In this document: one piece after another, positions 1 through 13,015 of the stretch
Position numbering within the stretch: the stretch's first letter is position 1
Layout: each line of letters starts with the position of its first letter
Assembly (NCBI RefSeq): GCF_006345805.1
Contig: NC_043023.1
Location: 12,958,001 to 13,022,000 of the forward strand
DNA length: 64,000 bases
Direction: 5' to 3'
DNA from: Octopus sinensis
Taxonomy: Eukaryota
Notes under the pieces: generated by a model
Databases searched by the model: none
Told to the model about the DNA's origin: nothing
Seen by the model: the letters and a program-made list of their open reading frames with translations, nothing else
Program-made: the position numbers and the translations under genes

Positions 1-1366
1 CGGATTAAATACCAGTAATCCACTATCCGCTCCCCACAAGAATTCGGCCCTTCTGCCTAGTGTAGAAAACATTTTATTTTTATCATTATTCATCGACACC
101 GAAACGAATGAACGTCGAAGCCGTCCATGGCAGAAACTCCTGACTTCAAATACGGCCAAGGTCGACTTTGTCTTTCAACCCTTTCAGGAAATACTGGGTT
201 CTATGTATTCAACTTCCGGCTCACATGACAAAAATTACTGGCCTTAGCCAAAATTTGAAACCATCATCATCGTTACTATTATTAATATAACCTTAAAGTA
301 AGTCATTATCAACTCACCAATTAATTAGTGCCTCTTAAGCAACAGGGCAACGTTAATTAATGTGATATTCTTCAATCGGTTTCCCCTCATTTTACTAATT
401 AATTATGCTACATTACACCCACTTTAGATGTCAATTTACCTTATATCACATGGAACAGTCAATCATAGGTTTTCATAAACAACGGATCAACATTTCAGTT
501 TGGAAGTTATTAATTAAGGCGAGCAAATTATATTTTCTTAATTGTTGTCAGGTTCCCGCCTCGAAAAATAATTACTGTAACATCGAGAGGTTCACAGAAT
601 TCTATTATTTACATTATTATTATTATTATTAGTAGCAGTAGTAGTATTATCACCTTTACAGCCTTAAAGTAAATCTTTATCAACTTACCGTATTCACAAA
701 TAAGCAACGAGTCAGTGAATCAGTAATTAAGCACCTTAATTAAGAATTTAATTGTTGAACCGGGGTTGAAATGTAGCAGAAGTTATTTCCCTTTACATGG
801 TTGTCTTCTTTCAGTTCTCCAATAGGTGGCTCTACTGACTTGTGGGATTCGTTGTAGTTTCCTCTTTGTCCCTTTCTGTCAAGAACTTCACTTTCAAGGG
901 TTTTCAAATTTTTACAAGATTCTTTCAATAAAGTGTACTCACACATTCGGATCTTTTCGGTTTGAACGGCAGTTTTTTCTTGCAGTGTCATATGAAATTG
1001 TCACCCATAATTATGACCCTAGTATCGATCTGTTGCATTTAAATCTGTTTTAGGTTTAGGGATGGGGGGGGGGGAAAGCTATCTTTTTTTCTCCACAAAT
1101 GTAAATAAACCCAATCTGTTTCTTAAACGAGGGACATATTCATACGGCACAGAATGTTTTTTACCTCAATGGACGTCTTAAGGGGATACAGCCTAAGAAA
1201 GCAAGCAAAATCTGAGTGGAACCTGGAGCAGCACTCTGGCTTGCCAGCTCAGACTTTCCCACCCAAACCTGCAAAGAAAATGGACACTGAAGAAGAAGAA
1301 GAAGGAAGATGATGATGATGATGATGATGAAAACACAACAAAGACAAAATCAATGTCACTCAAAAC

Positions 1367-1394
1367 TTTTATTCCTTAATCCCATTCCTTTATT
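1367..1394 (-). terminator. Putative polyadenylation signals (two AATAAA) of copy A; homologous pair at 59870-59896 (+) for G
   Basis: TTTATT twice on the plus strand, about 670 nt past the ancestral stop. Confidence 0.4.
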
Positions 1395-1599
1395 CTCTCA
1401 TAACAAATTCCTCAAAAATCCAGGACAATCATCTTCAGAAACCAAAGTCATCTCTGTGTTGATGTATTTAGATATGTAAATGATATTGAAGTTGAGATTC
1501 ATGAATTTCATGTTGACATCCAGGAAACTGAAGTTGATAATGTCAAGCTTGAAGAGGAATAAACCCTGTTTTTAGCAGACAAAATATTCATAATTCTTC

Positions 1600-2026
1600 T
1601 CATCATCATCATTTAGCGTCCGCTTTCCATGCTAGCATGGGTTGGACGGTTCAACTGGGGTCTGGGAAGCCAGAAGGCTGCACCTGGCCCAGTCTGATCT
1701 GGCAATGTTTCTACGGCTGGATGCCCTTCCTAACGCCAACCACTCCATGAGTGTAGGGGGTGCTTTTTACGTGCCACCATTACAGGTGCCAGGCGAGACT
1801 GGCAAGGGCTACGATCGGATGGTGCTTTTTACATGCCACCAGCACTGGTATCACAGCTGCAATTTCCATTGATGTTGGTTTATTTTGATTTTGATTCTGA
1901 TTCTCACTTGCCTCAACAAGTCTTCACAAGTAGAGTTTTGTGTCCCAAGAAGGAAAGGTATGCATAAGTGGACTGGCTACATCCCAGGTAGAGGCCATTG
2001 GTTATGGTCTCACTTGTCCTGCCGGG
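1600..2026 (-). mobile_element. Retroposon (SINE or 5'-truncated RTE-like LINE end) with (ATG)n tail in the 3'UTR; copies at 15003-15495, 23535-24097, 31585-31725 (partial), 40792-41220 and 54565-55122
   Basis: Minus strand ends GGAAAGCGGACGCTAAATGATGATGATG. Absent from copy G's 3'UTR. Confidence 0.7.
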
Positions 2027-2053
2027 TTGTAACAAATTTTGATATTGATACGA

Positions 2054-3857
<1,804 letters not shown>

Positions 3858-4042
3858 TATGAGAGAATAATTCCGTTATACATATCACAATGATAGTATC
3901 TGTTTCATTTCTATGAATGTTTGCGTTCAAATGCATCAGAGAATAATTAAATGTTATGTTACTTTCATTGGTGATCTTGCTTAATATCTAAAACAGAAGA
4001 TATAGATTGGTTAACTCTTTTGTAAAGTTACTCAAACTTAAC

Positions 4043-4688
4043 CTGTAGGTTCATCATCATCTCTACATTCCAGATGGCAAAAAAAATGTTGCTCTTAATT
4101 CCATCGTCCAGAAGAAATATTTCCCCATCGTTCGTTGAAGAATTTATTTATATAAAGAAGCTGATGTATTGATGAATGTGCCTTATGAATATATGATCTT
4201 CCTTTAATTGATGAAAGTCAATAAAAACATCAGACACACATCTGAATGAAGAAATTTCTTTTAAATCAACATGGTATGATATTCTGAAATAGGAAAAAAA
4301 TTCATTTCTATGAATATATTTGTGTTGCTATTTGCAGAGATTAATTTAATGCTATGCTTCTTTCATCTGTGATTTTGCTTAATATCTAAATCAAGAGGTG
4401 ACAATTGTCTACCCCTTTGTAAAGTCATCCAAGCTTAATTAACCTGTAAAACAATCATCTCCTCTATATTCCAGACAGCAAAGACTTCAAATTGTTGCTG
4501 TTAATTCCATCGTCCAGAAGAAATATTTTGCTGTTGTTTTTCACAGATTTCCTTTATAAGATGAGTTTGATGTATTGATGAATGCTCCGTATAAATATAT
4601 CATCTTCCTTTGGTTGATGGGAGCTGATAAAATATCAGAGGCACATCTGAATGAAGCAATTTCTTTCATATCAACAGGATGTTATATT
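4043..4688 (-). other. Two duplicated putative non-coding 5' exons (about 4444-4688 and 4043-4283); homologues precede C, D, E, A' and, in part, B' and F
   Basis: Polypyrimidine TTTCAG acceptors and CAG|GTTAA donors. The two blocks are mutually homologous, have stops in all frames and contain upstream ATGs. The implied 55-nt intron (3988-4042) is short. Confidence 0.4.
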
Positions 4689-4971
4689 CTGAAATAGAAA
4701 AAAACAGAAGCAGTGAGATAAAGAGAATCATTAAACGACATAGTAATTCAACATTGCAAATCTTACAACATCAACACTGTCATCCATTTAATGTCTATGT
4801 TTGCAGGGGTCAGAATCCATTGAGGCATTGAAACTTTTACAACATTCTGTATAGAGATTTCTCTATTGTTCTGCCGTGGGAAAAATTTTGGTGAAGGGTT
4901 AATTAAAATTTTGGCTATGGTGGATCCAATCTACTTCATGCGTGCAAGATTCACTACAAATATATTTGTAT

Positions 4972-5002
<31 letters not shown>

Positions 5003-5484
5003 CATACAAGTAATAAGAGAGGGACCACATGTGGTCACTCTAACGCTAGAAATAGACCCGCAAAGGGAATCCACCACTAAAGAATTGTTCTCAAGCATTA
5101 ATTCAACACGCCAAGAATGTAAGCGGGCAGGACAAATGAAAAATAACGAAAAAATGGATTAACTCTATACAATTGTTTCATCGTTAATAGATTGTGTAAT
5201 TTTACTTACAAATCATTTTCGAATCATCGGTAGAGTATATCAAAAACATAATTTGCTGAACCAAACGCCAAACTCCATACGAAATTGATGTTATTAATTA
5301 ATATTCAATTTCTTTCACCCTTACACACACACATATATGTATACATAATAATACATATATATGCATAAATACATACGTATACGTACATACATGTTTGTTT
5401 ATATTCGCGAGTGCCCGTTCTGCATATTTTATTTTTTAGTATAAAATAACTAAAAAAAATAGATTAATCGTTCTAATTTTCTCT

Positions 5485-5901
5485 GGTACTATTTAAAAAG
5501 AGTGGTCCCGGTGAGCGCACTCGCGCTAGTTAGTCGTGACTAGTCGATCCTACAACGACTACCTAGCAAAGTAAATAAAACACAAAATAAATAATTTTTT
5601 GGCGATCCTTCGATATAAGTACCGTGAGTGGCTTTGTTTACATTTTGAAGATAACAGAAACCCTTTTCTCCCACCCCTAACACAAACATTAACCGAAACC
5701 CATATATAAGAAAGAAAGACACTTTCTTGAAATGTATCTGGTACCTCCGGTACCTATACCGAAGTTACGCTAATTTTTTTAAACAAAGAAAATAATTTTT
5801 TAAAACAAAGTAAATAAAACAAAAGTACAAAGTAAGGATCGATTAGTCACGACTAGCTACTGCAGAATTGCGCACCGGGACCTCTCTTCTTAAATAGTAC
5901 C
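5485..5901. mobile_element. Palindromic MITE X (GGTACTATTTAA...GGTCCCGGTG inverted arms ~65 bp) in first intron; copies in most units
   Basis: Inverted arms at both ends. The long form also occurs near 44.5-44.96, 47.56-47.98 and 57.5-57.92 kb, and a short form near 11.6, 19.0 and 27.05 kb. Confidence 0.65.
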
Positions 5902-5903
5902 GT

Positions 5904-6179
5904 TGTAAGAGTTAGCACTTCCTTCCCTAAGCTTGGATTCGAAATCGAGTCCAAGAATCATCGGTCATCAAACACCGATGCATGTATAGGCGCGAAATTA
6001 AGAATCCCTTTGTCCTGACATTGCTCAGGTCGGAGGTCAAAGGGAGATGATCAATCAGTTTTTGTCAGAACAAAGGGATTCTTAATTTCGCGACTATACA
6101 TGCATTGGTATTTGACGACCGATGATTCTTGGATTCGATTTCGAATCCAAGCTTAGAGAAGGAACTGCTAAATCCTACA
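5904..6179. mobile_element. Hairpin element Y with TGTAA...TTACA termini, ~110-bp inverted arms and a 4-bp TSD; also 44962-45237 and 47979-48254
   Basis: CCCT|TGTAAGAG...CTCTTACA|CCCT in the 45 and 48 kb copies. Empty site in the 11.75, 19.17, 27.2 and 57.9 kb units. Confidence 0.8.
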
Positions 6180-6358
6180 CCCTTGTATGTTTGTCTATAT
6201 TTGCGAGTGCCCGTTCTCCGTATTTTATTTTTTAGTATAAAATATTTAAAAAATAGATTAATCTTTCTAATTTCCTCCATACTTTATGTATTCTGGATAT
6301 ATTTCCCATTTCCTAACTTTTTCTCACAAGTAAGCGTCATTATCTTGGAGAGGTGCGC

Positions 6359-6567
6359 GGTACTACTAGCGAACAGTGGTCCCGGTGCGCGCACTCACGC
6401 ATCCGTGCTAGCTAGTCGTAAGTAGTCGATCCTACGACTTTTTAACCCTAACCTTAGTTTGTTTACAAAAATAATGTATTTACTTAGTTTAAAAAATTGT
6501 AGGATCGACTATTTACGACTAGCTAACGCGAGTGCTCGCACCGGGACCACTGTTCGCTAGTACTACC
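6359..6567. mobile_element. Palindromic MITE Z (GGTACTACTAGCGAACAGTGGTCCCGGTG arms ~75 bp), related to X; present in every promoter-intron unit
   Basis: Inverted arms visible. Copies near 11.9-12.15, 19.35-19.52, 27.4-27.6, 34.9-35.1, 45.4-45.6, 48.4-48.65 and 58.1-58.3 kb. Confidence 0.7.
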
Positions 6568-6841
6568 TTATCATTATTGGTATTATCATCATCATTACAG
6601 CCTTAAAATAAATGTTTGTCAACTTACCGTATTCAGATACAAACAACGAGTCAGCGATCGTTAATTAAGCACCTTAATTAATTAATTTAGGAAAGTTATA
6701 TCCCTTTATATGGTTATAGTTCTTCAATTTTCTATGACTGGTTCGTTTCGTTCCGGTGCCTTCTTTGTCCCATTCTGTCAACGATTGGGTTGTGGTCTCA
6801 CTTGTCCTGCCGGGTTGTAATAAATTTTGATATTGATACGA

Positions 6842-8563
6842 TTACACCTGTGTATGAATACTCAGATGTGTACTTAATTGGCGTTTTTGAGAGAATGACT
6901 CACCACAGATATCACAATGATATGGTCTGTCACCTGTATGAATACGTTTGTGATTAGGCAGGTCACTACCGTGAGAGAATGATTTACCACAGATATCACA
7001 ATGATATGGTTTTTCAGCTGTATGAATACGTCTGTGAACAGACAAATGATTACTTCTGGAGAATGATTTACCACAGATATCACAACGATATGGTTTTTCA
7101 CCTGTATGAATACGTTTGTGCTCCTTTAATGTATAATGCTGGGAAAATGATTTACCACAGATATCACACTCATATGGTTTTTCCCCAGTATGAATACGTA
7201 GGTGTCTGGTTAAAGGGCTATTTTCAGAGAATGATTCACCACAGATATCACATTGATATGGTTTTTCCCCAGTATGAATACGTATATGACTAGTCAAATT
7301 ATTATTTCTACTGAATGATTTACCACAGATATCACAATGGATATATTTCTGGATATACAGGCTTCTCTCCTGTATGAATAAGTTTGTGATCAGTTAAATT
7401 GTTACTTCTAGAAAACGATTCACCACAGATATCACAATGGTATGGCTTTTCCTCAGTATGAATAAATTTGTGACGAGTTAAATTGCTATTTTCAGAAAAT
7501 GATTTACCACAGATATCACACTGATATGGTTTCTCTCCTGTATGAGTACGTTTGTGTTTAGGTAAATCAGCACTTCGAGAAAATGACTTACCACAGATAT
7601 CACACTGATATGGTTTCTCTCCTGTATGAGTACGTTTGTGTCTAGGTAAATCAGCTCTTTGAGAAAATGATTTACCACAGATATCACACTGATATGGTTT
7701 CTCTCCTGTATGAGTACGTTTGTGTTTAGGTAATTCAGCACTTCGAGAAAATGATTTACCACAGATATCACACTGATATGGCTTTTCTCCTGTATGAATA
7801 CGTTTGTGCTCTTTTAAAGAAGAAGGCTGAGAAAATGATTTACCACATATATCACAATGATATGGCTTTTCTCCTGTATGTGTACGTTTGTGTTTATTTA
7901 AGTCACCACTGGTAGAGAATGATTTACCACAGATATCACACTGATATGGCTTCTCTCCTGTATGAATACGTAGGTGTCCGGTTAAAGTGCCAATTTCAGA
8001 GAATGACTCACCACAAATATCACAATGATATGGTTTTTCCCCAGTATGAATACGTTTATGTTTAGGCAAGTCACTACTGTGAGAGAATGATTTACCACAG
8101 ATATCACAATGAAATGGCTTCTCACCTGTATGAATACGTTTGTGCTCTTTTAAAGAAGAAAGGTGAGAAAATGATTTACCACAGATATCACAATGGTATG
8201 GCTTCTCTCCGGTATGTGTACGTTTGTGTTTATTTAAGTCACCGCTGGTAGAGAATGATTTACCACAGATATCACACTGATATGGTTTCTCTCCTGTATG
8301 AGTACGTTTGTGTTTAGGTAAGTAAGCACTTTGAGAAAATGATTTACCACAGATATCACACTGATGCGGCTTTTCCCCAGTATGAATAAATTTGTGACGA
8401 GTTAAAGTGCTGTTTTCAGAAAATGATTTACCACAGATATCACACTGATATGGTTTTTCTCCAGTATGAACACGTCTGTGCCTTCTTAGATTACAACTTT
8501 GAGAGAATGACTTACCACAGATATCACAGTGATATGGCATTTCTCTTTTATCAGAGATTTTTG
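6842..8563 (-). pseudogene. Zinc-finger copy B: 14+6 fingers split by a net +16-nt frameshift, 5'-truncated
   Basis: ORFs 7332..8540 and 6842..7297 are in different frames. The leader is cut at 8563 and joined to a MITE module. Confidence 0.85.
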
Positions 8564-9251
8564 AAAATAATTTCCACGTAACTAAGCACTTTTAAACTTC
8601 GTATACTGGTAGATTGTGTTTATAAAACATCTGTTTCTCTTGGCTTTATTGAGAAAATTCTATAGTTTGTAAGATATTTGGGATCTTTTCGGTTTGAACG
8701 GCAGTTTTTGAAAAGAATGTCCACGTGTTAGGGTTAGGAGTGGGGAGAAAAGGCTTTCTGTTATCTTCACAAATGTAAACAAAGTCACGTGTGTACTTAT
8801 ATATCGAAGCATCGCCTTATTATTTACTTTGTGTAAAAAAAAAGGATCTTTTCGGTTTGACCGGCAGTTTTTTGTAGCGGTGTCATATGAAATTGTCACC
8901 CATAAATATGACCCTTGTATCGATCAATTGCATTTCAATCTGTGTTAGGGTTAGGGGTGGGGAAAGGGTATCTTTTTTTCTTCCTAAATGTAAATAATCC
9001 CAATCTGTTTCTTAAACGAGGCACATAATGTTTTTTTTTACCTCAATAGAGTCATTGATTGGTTGAAATTGTAGAAAAAAAACAACAAATATGTTACAAA
9101 GTACAGAATTTTCTCAATAAAGCCAAGGAAAAAGATGCTTTATAAATACATTCTATCTGTATACGAAGTTTAAAATTTTTTTAGTTACCTAGAAATTTGA
9201 AAACCTGCCGTTCAAACCGAAAAGATCCCCATTATTCCCAGAGAACAGTTG

Positions 9252-9455
9252 GCGAACCAGGCGGCTGCACCAGGCTCCAATCTGATATGATGGAGTTTCT
9301 ACAGCTGGTTGGTGTTAGGAAGGGCATCCAGCTGTAGAAACTCTGCCAGATCAGATTGGAGCCTGGTACTGCCTCCTGGTTCGCCAGTCCTCAATCAGAT
9401 CGTGCAACCCATGCTAGAATGGAAATCGGACGCTAAACGATGATGATGATGATCA
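9252..9455 (+). mobile_element. Retroposon 3' end with a 5' inverted duplication (57-bp hairpin); copies at 20727, 28743 and 51736
   Basis: Arms at 9252-9308 and 9328-9384, followed by a (GAT)n tail. Confidence 0.75.
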
Positions 9456-9705
9456 CAGTGATCTATTTTCTCTCATGCATAATTAAGTTGCTACTTTGAG
9501 AGAACCGTCAGTGGATGGAATGTAGTGTTGTGTGTTCGATATTCGAAGGTTGATTAATTCTTCCAATGACAACGGGGAGGGAAAGATGGCCCCGCTCCCA
9601 ACATAATGCACAATTACGAAAGGAAATAGAGAAGCGCTGGGATTTTTACCTTTTGACCTACAGATTTAAAAGATAATTCTTAAATCTGCAGAAAATTAGG
9701 AAGAT

Positions 9706-10430
9706 TCATCATCATCATCATTTAGCGTCCGCTTTCCATGCTAGCATGGGTTGGACGGTTCAACTGGGGTCTGTGAAGCTAGAAGGCTTCATCAAGCCCA
9801 GTCAGATCTGGCAGTGTTTCTACGGCTGGATGCCCTTCCTAATGCCAACCACTCCGTGAGTGTAGTGGGTGCTTTTTACGCGCCACCCGCACAGGTGCCA
9901 GACATTGCTGGCAAACGGTCACAAACGGATGGTGCTTTTACGTGCCACCGATACGGGGGCCAGACAGAGCTGGCAAACGGCCACGAACGGATGGTGCTTT
10001 TACGTGTCAGCGGCATGGTGTCCAGGCGAGGCTGCTAACGGACACGAACGGGTGGTGCATTTACGTGCCACCGACACGGGAACCAGGCAGAGCTGGCACA
10101 CGGCCACGAACAGATGGATCTTTTACCTGTCACCGGCACGAGGGCCAGGTGAGGCTGGCAACGGACACAAGCGGGTGGTGCTTTTACGTGTCACCGGCAC
10201 GGGGCCAGACGAGGCTGGTAACGGACGCGAACGGGTGGTGCATTTACCTCCCACCGACACGGGGACCATGCAGAGCTGGCACACGGGGGCCAGGTGAGGC
10301 TGGCAACGGACACGAACGGGTGGTGGTTTTACGTGCCACCGACACGGAGGCTTGACGGTGCGGCGCCGGAAACGACCACGATCGGATGGTTCGCTTAACC
10401 ACAGCTGCAATTCCCACTGATGTTGATCGA
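9706..10430 (-). mobile_element. Same retroposon family with an internal ~61-bp GC-rich minisatellite expanded to ~8-9 units (9870-10350)
   Basis: GCTTTTACGTGCCACC...CGGATGGT repeats and a (CAT)n tail at 9706-9720. Confidence 0.8.
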
Positions 10431-11221
10431 CCTCAATTTGGTTCTGCTTTCTGATATATGAATTGATTTGCTTTGATTTTGATTTTGACTGTTCTCACTG
10501 GTGTTGCTAAGTCTTCCATTTTTAAAAGTATTTTATACTAACAAATAAAATATGGAGAACGGGCACTCGTGAATATAAACAGATCATGTCGTGTAGCCAG
10601 CTGTAGATGTCTCCTTAGGCTGAATTACATCAGAGGGCTCGCACTTTCTATATCATTCAAAACTGTCCAAGGGCGGTCGTGCACATCTTTACATTTCCCC
10701 AGTCACCCCGCAAAGCCATTAAAAAATCAAGAGAACAAGGATCTCTGAACAAATAACAATATTTATTTTTCTGTCTGTACAAGTGTTACATCTCTGGACA
10801 ATCAGCAGCTAGGTCGCCTTGGTGCGGAAGCAGCAGAGACAGTTTCATCACGATTGTGAAGGCATACTTCTCAGATTCGCTGATGTCATGGATCGCCTTC
10901 AGAATTCCAGCCACACGGAGCTGGTCAAGTTGCGCCCGGCTTGGTTGGAAGCAGGGGCGAAGAGAGAGAGCGAGGACAGCGGTCAAGCCTAGCTGATGCT
11001 GTTGACTGCACATGCGCATAAGGGGCTTCCCTGCACATGCGTGGATGAAAATCCTAAAATGGCATCTGGGACAAGGCATCACTACAAGGCTTCCACTTCA
11101 GTGCAGGGCATGAAAATAGAAAGATTGTAGTGGCACCAGAAATAAGATAGCTACCGATTACCCAGAAACTGTGGGACAAAATATGACAACTCAAAAGAAA
11201 ATGTAATCACAATATACATAT

Positions 11222-11400
11222 AGGCGCAGGAGTGGCTGTGTGGTAAGTAGCTTGCTTACCAACCACATGGTTCTAGGTTCAGTCCCACTGCGTGTCACAT
11301 TTGGTAAGTATTTTCTACTATAGCCTCATGCCGACCAAAGCCTTGTGAGTGGATTTGGTAGACGGAAATTGAAAGAAGCCTGTCGTATATATGTATATAT
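11222..11400 (+). mobile_element. tRNA-derived SINE with a CORE-like central segment; copies at 23003-23420, 30002-30170, 54031-54450 and 61235-61610
   Basis: A box TGGCTGTGTGG, B box GGTTCAGTCCC, ACCTTGGG(C/T)AA CORE-like stretch and a microsatellite middle or tail. Confidence 0.75.
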
Positions 11401-12207
11401 ATATGCATGTGTGTAATTTCTTTCGCCCTTACACACACACACATATATGTATACATAATAATACATATATATGCATAAATACATACGTACATACATGTTT
11501 GTTTATATTCGCGAGTGCCCGTTCTGCGTATTTTATTTTTTAGTATAAAATAGTTTAAAAAATAGATTAATCGTTCTAATTTTCTCTGGTAGTATTTAAA
11601 AAGAGTGGTCCCGGTGAGCGCACTCGCGCTAGTTAGTCGTGACTAGTCGATCCTACAACGACTACCTAGCAAAGTAAATAAAACACAAAATAAAGATCGA
11701 CTAGTCCCGACTAGCTAGCGCGCCCACCGGGACCTCTCTTCTTAAATAGTACCCTTATAAGTTTGTTTATATTCGCGAGTGCCCGTTCTACGTATTTTAT
11801 TTTTTAGTATAAAATATTTAAAAAATAGATTAATCTTTCTAATTTTCTCCATACTTTATGTATTCTGGATATATTTCCCATTTCCTAACTTTTTCTCACA
11901 AGTAAGCGTCATTATCTTGGAGAGGTGCGCAGTACTACTAGCGAACACTGGTCTCGGTGCGCGCACTCGCACATCCGTGCTAGCTAGTCGTATGTTGTCG
12001 ATCCTACTACTTTTTAACCCTAACCTTAGTTTGTTTACAAAAATAATGTATTTACTTAGTTTTAAAAGTTGTAGGATCGACTACTTACGACTAGCAAGCT
12101 CGGATACACGAGTGCTCGCACCGGGATCACTGTACGCTAGTAGTACCTTATCATTATTGGTATTATCATCATCATTACAGCCTTAAAATAAATCTTTATC
12201 AACTTAC

Positions 12208-12560
12208 CGTATTCAGATACAAACAACGAGTCAGTGATCGTTAATTAAGCACCTTAATTAATTAATTAAGGAAAGTTATATCCCTTCATATGGTTATAGT
12301 TCTTCAATTTTCTATGACTGGTTCGTTTCGTTCCGGTGTCTTCTTTGTCCCATTCTGTCAACGATTTTACCTTCGAGGTAATATAGAATATATACACTCA
12401 CATATTCTAATCTACGACCGTTTCCAGCGCACGAACTGGACCCCGTCGCAGACACCGAAAGAAAGAAGGCATCTTTGACTTATATCTTCCTGACGTGACG
12501 TCAGGCCGTTGCACTTCCGATCCGTTTCTGACGTCATTTTCTCTCCTGTCCAATCATTGT
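12208..12560 (-). promoter_or_regulatory. Putative Pol II promoter and first exon (orphan copy)
   Basis: TGACGTCA at 12496-12503 and 12529-12536, CGGAAGTG (plus 12512-12519), CCAAT at 12550-12554, ATATAA (plus 12480-12485), then a pyrimidine-rich start region. Donors AT|GTGAGT (12401), AG|GTAAAA (12370) and CG|GTAAGT (12207). Confidence 0.6.
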
Positions 12561-12613
12561 CCTTCCTTCACACTTCTCTCTCATCTAAAGAACAATGCTT
12601 GGATACCTTTTGG

Positions 12614-13015
12614 GGATCTTTTCGGTTTGACCGGCAGTTTTTTTAAATAATTTCTCCGTAACTAAACACTTTTAAACTTCGTATACTGGTAGATTGTGTT
12701 TATAAAACATCTTTTTCTCTTGGCTTTATTGAGAAAATTCAACAGTTTGTAAGATATTTGTTGTTTTTTTTCTTCAATTTCTGCAGTTTCAACCAATCAC
12801 TGACGTTTATTGAGGTAAAAAAAACATTCTGTGCCGTATGAATATGTCCCTCGTTTAAGAAACAGATTTGGTTTATTTATATTTGTGAAAAAAAAAAATA
12901 TACCCTTCCCCTAAAACAGATTGAAATGCAATAGATCGATACCAGGGTCGTCATTATGGGTGACAATTTCATATGGCACCACTAGAAAAAACTGCCGTTC
13001 AAACCGAAAAGATCC
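12614..13015. mobile_element. Single-module MITE with ~28-bp TIRs (GGATCTTTTCGGTTTGAMCGGCAGTTTTT); the same insertion spans 35603-38193 with 16 modules
   Basis: Inverted termini visible, and flanks are identical to the 35.6-kb copy. Confidence 0.8.

Noticed and set aside
740-1053. 83- and 75-aa ORFs repeated three times
   Set aside because: They span a MITE end and a relic exon, so they are chance frames in duplicated DNA.
3858-4700. KRAB, SCAN, ZAD, BTB or PR/SET effector exon; PRDM9 identity
   Set aside because: No such motif in any frame, and the upstream blocks contain stops. PRDM9 is used only as an analogy for array evolution.
6065-6425. 71- and 98-aa ORFs over palindromic MITEs (also 45.1 and 48.1 kb)
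   Set aside because: They lie across TE junctions on both strands and have no recognisable domain.
6979-7293. Plus-strand ORFs [11 protein letters not shown]... and minus-strand alternative-frame ORFs (…IIVISVVNH…)
   Set aside because: Shadow frames of the 84-bp finger repeat, with no independent coding signal.
9751-10410. Overlapping 95-142 aa ORFs
   Set aside because: They come from a GC-rich minisatellite that lacks stop codons.
11222-11300. tRNA gene
   Set aside because: It has A/B boxes but no cloverleaf and continues into a SINE body and tail.
12290-12478. 62-aa ORF MVIVLQFSMTG... repeated in six units
   Set aside because: Antisense to the promoter and first exon. Its identity is explained by recent duplication.
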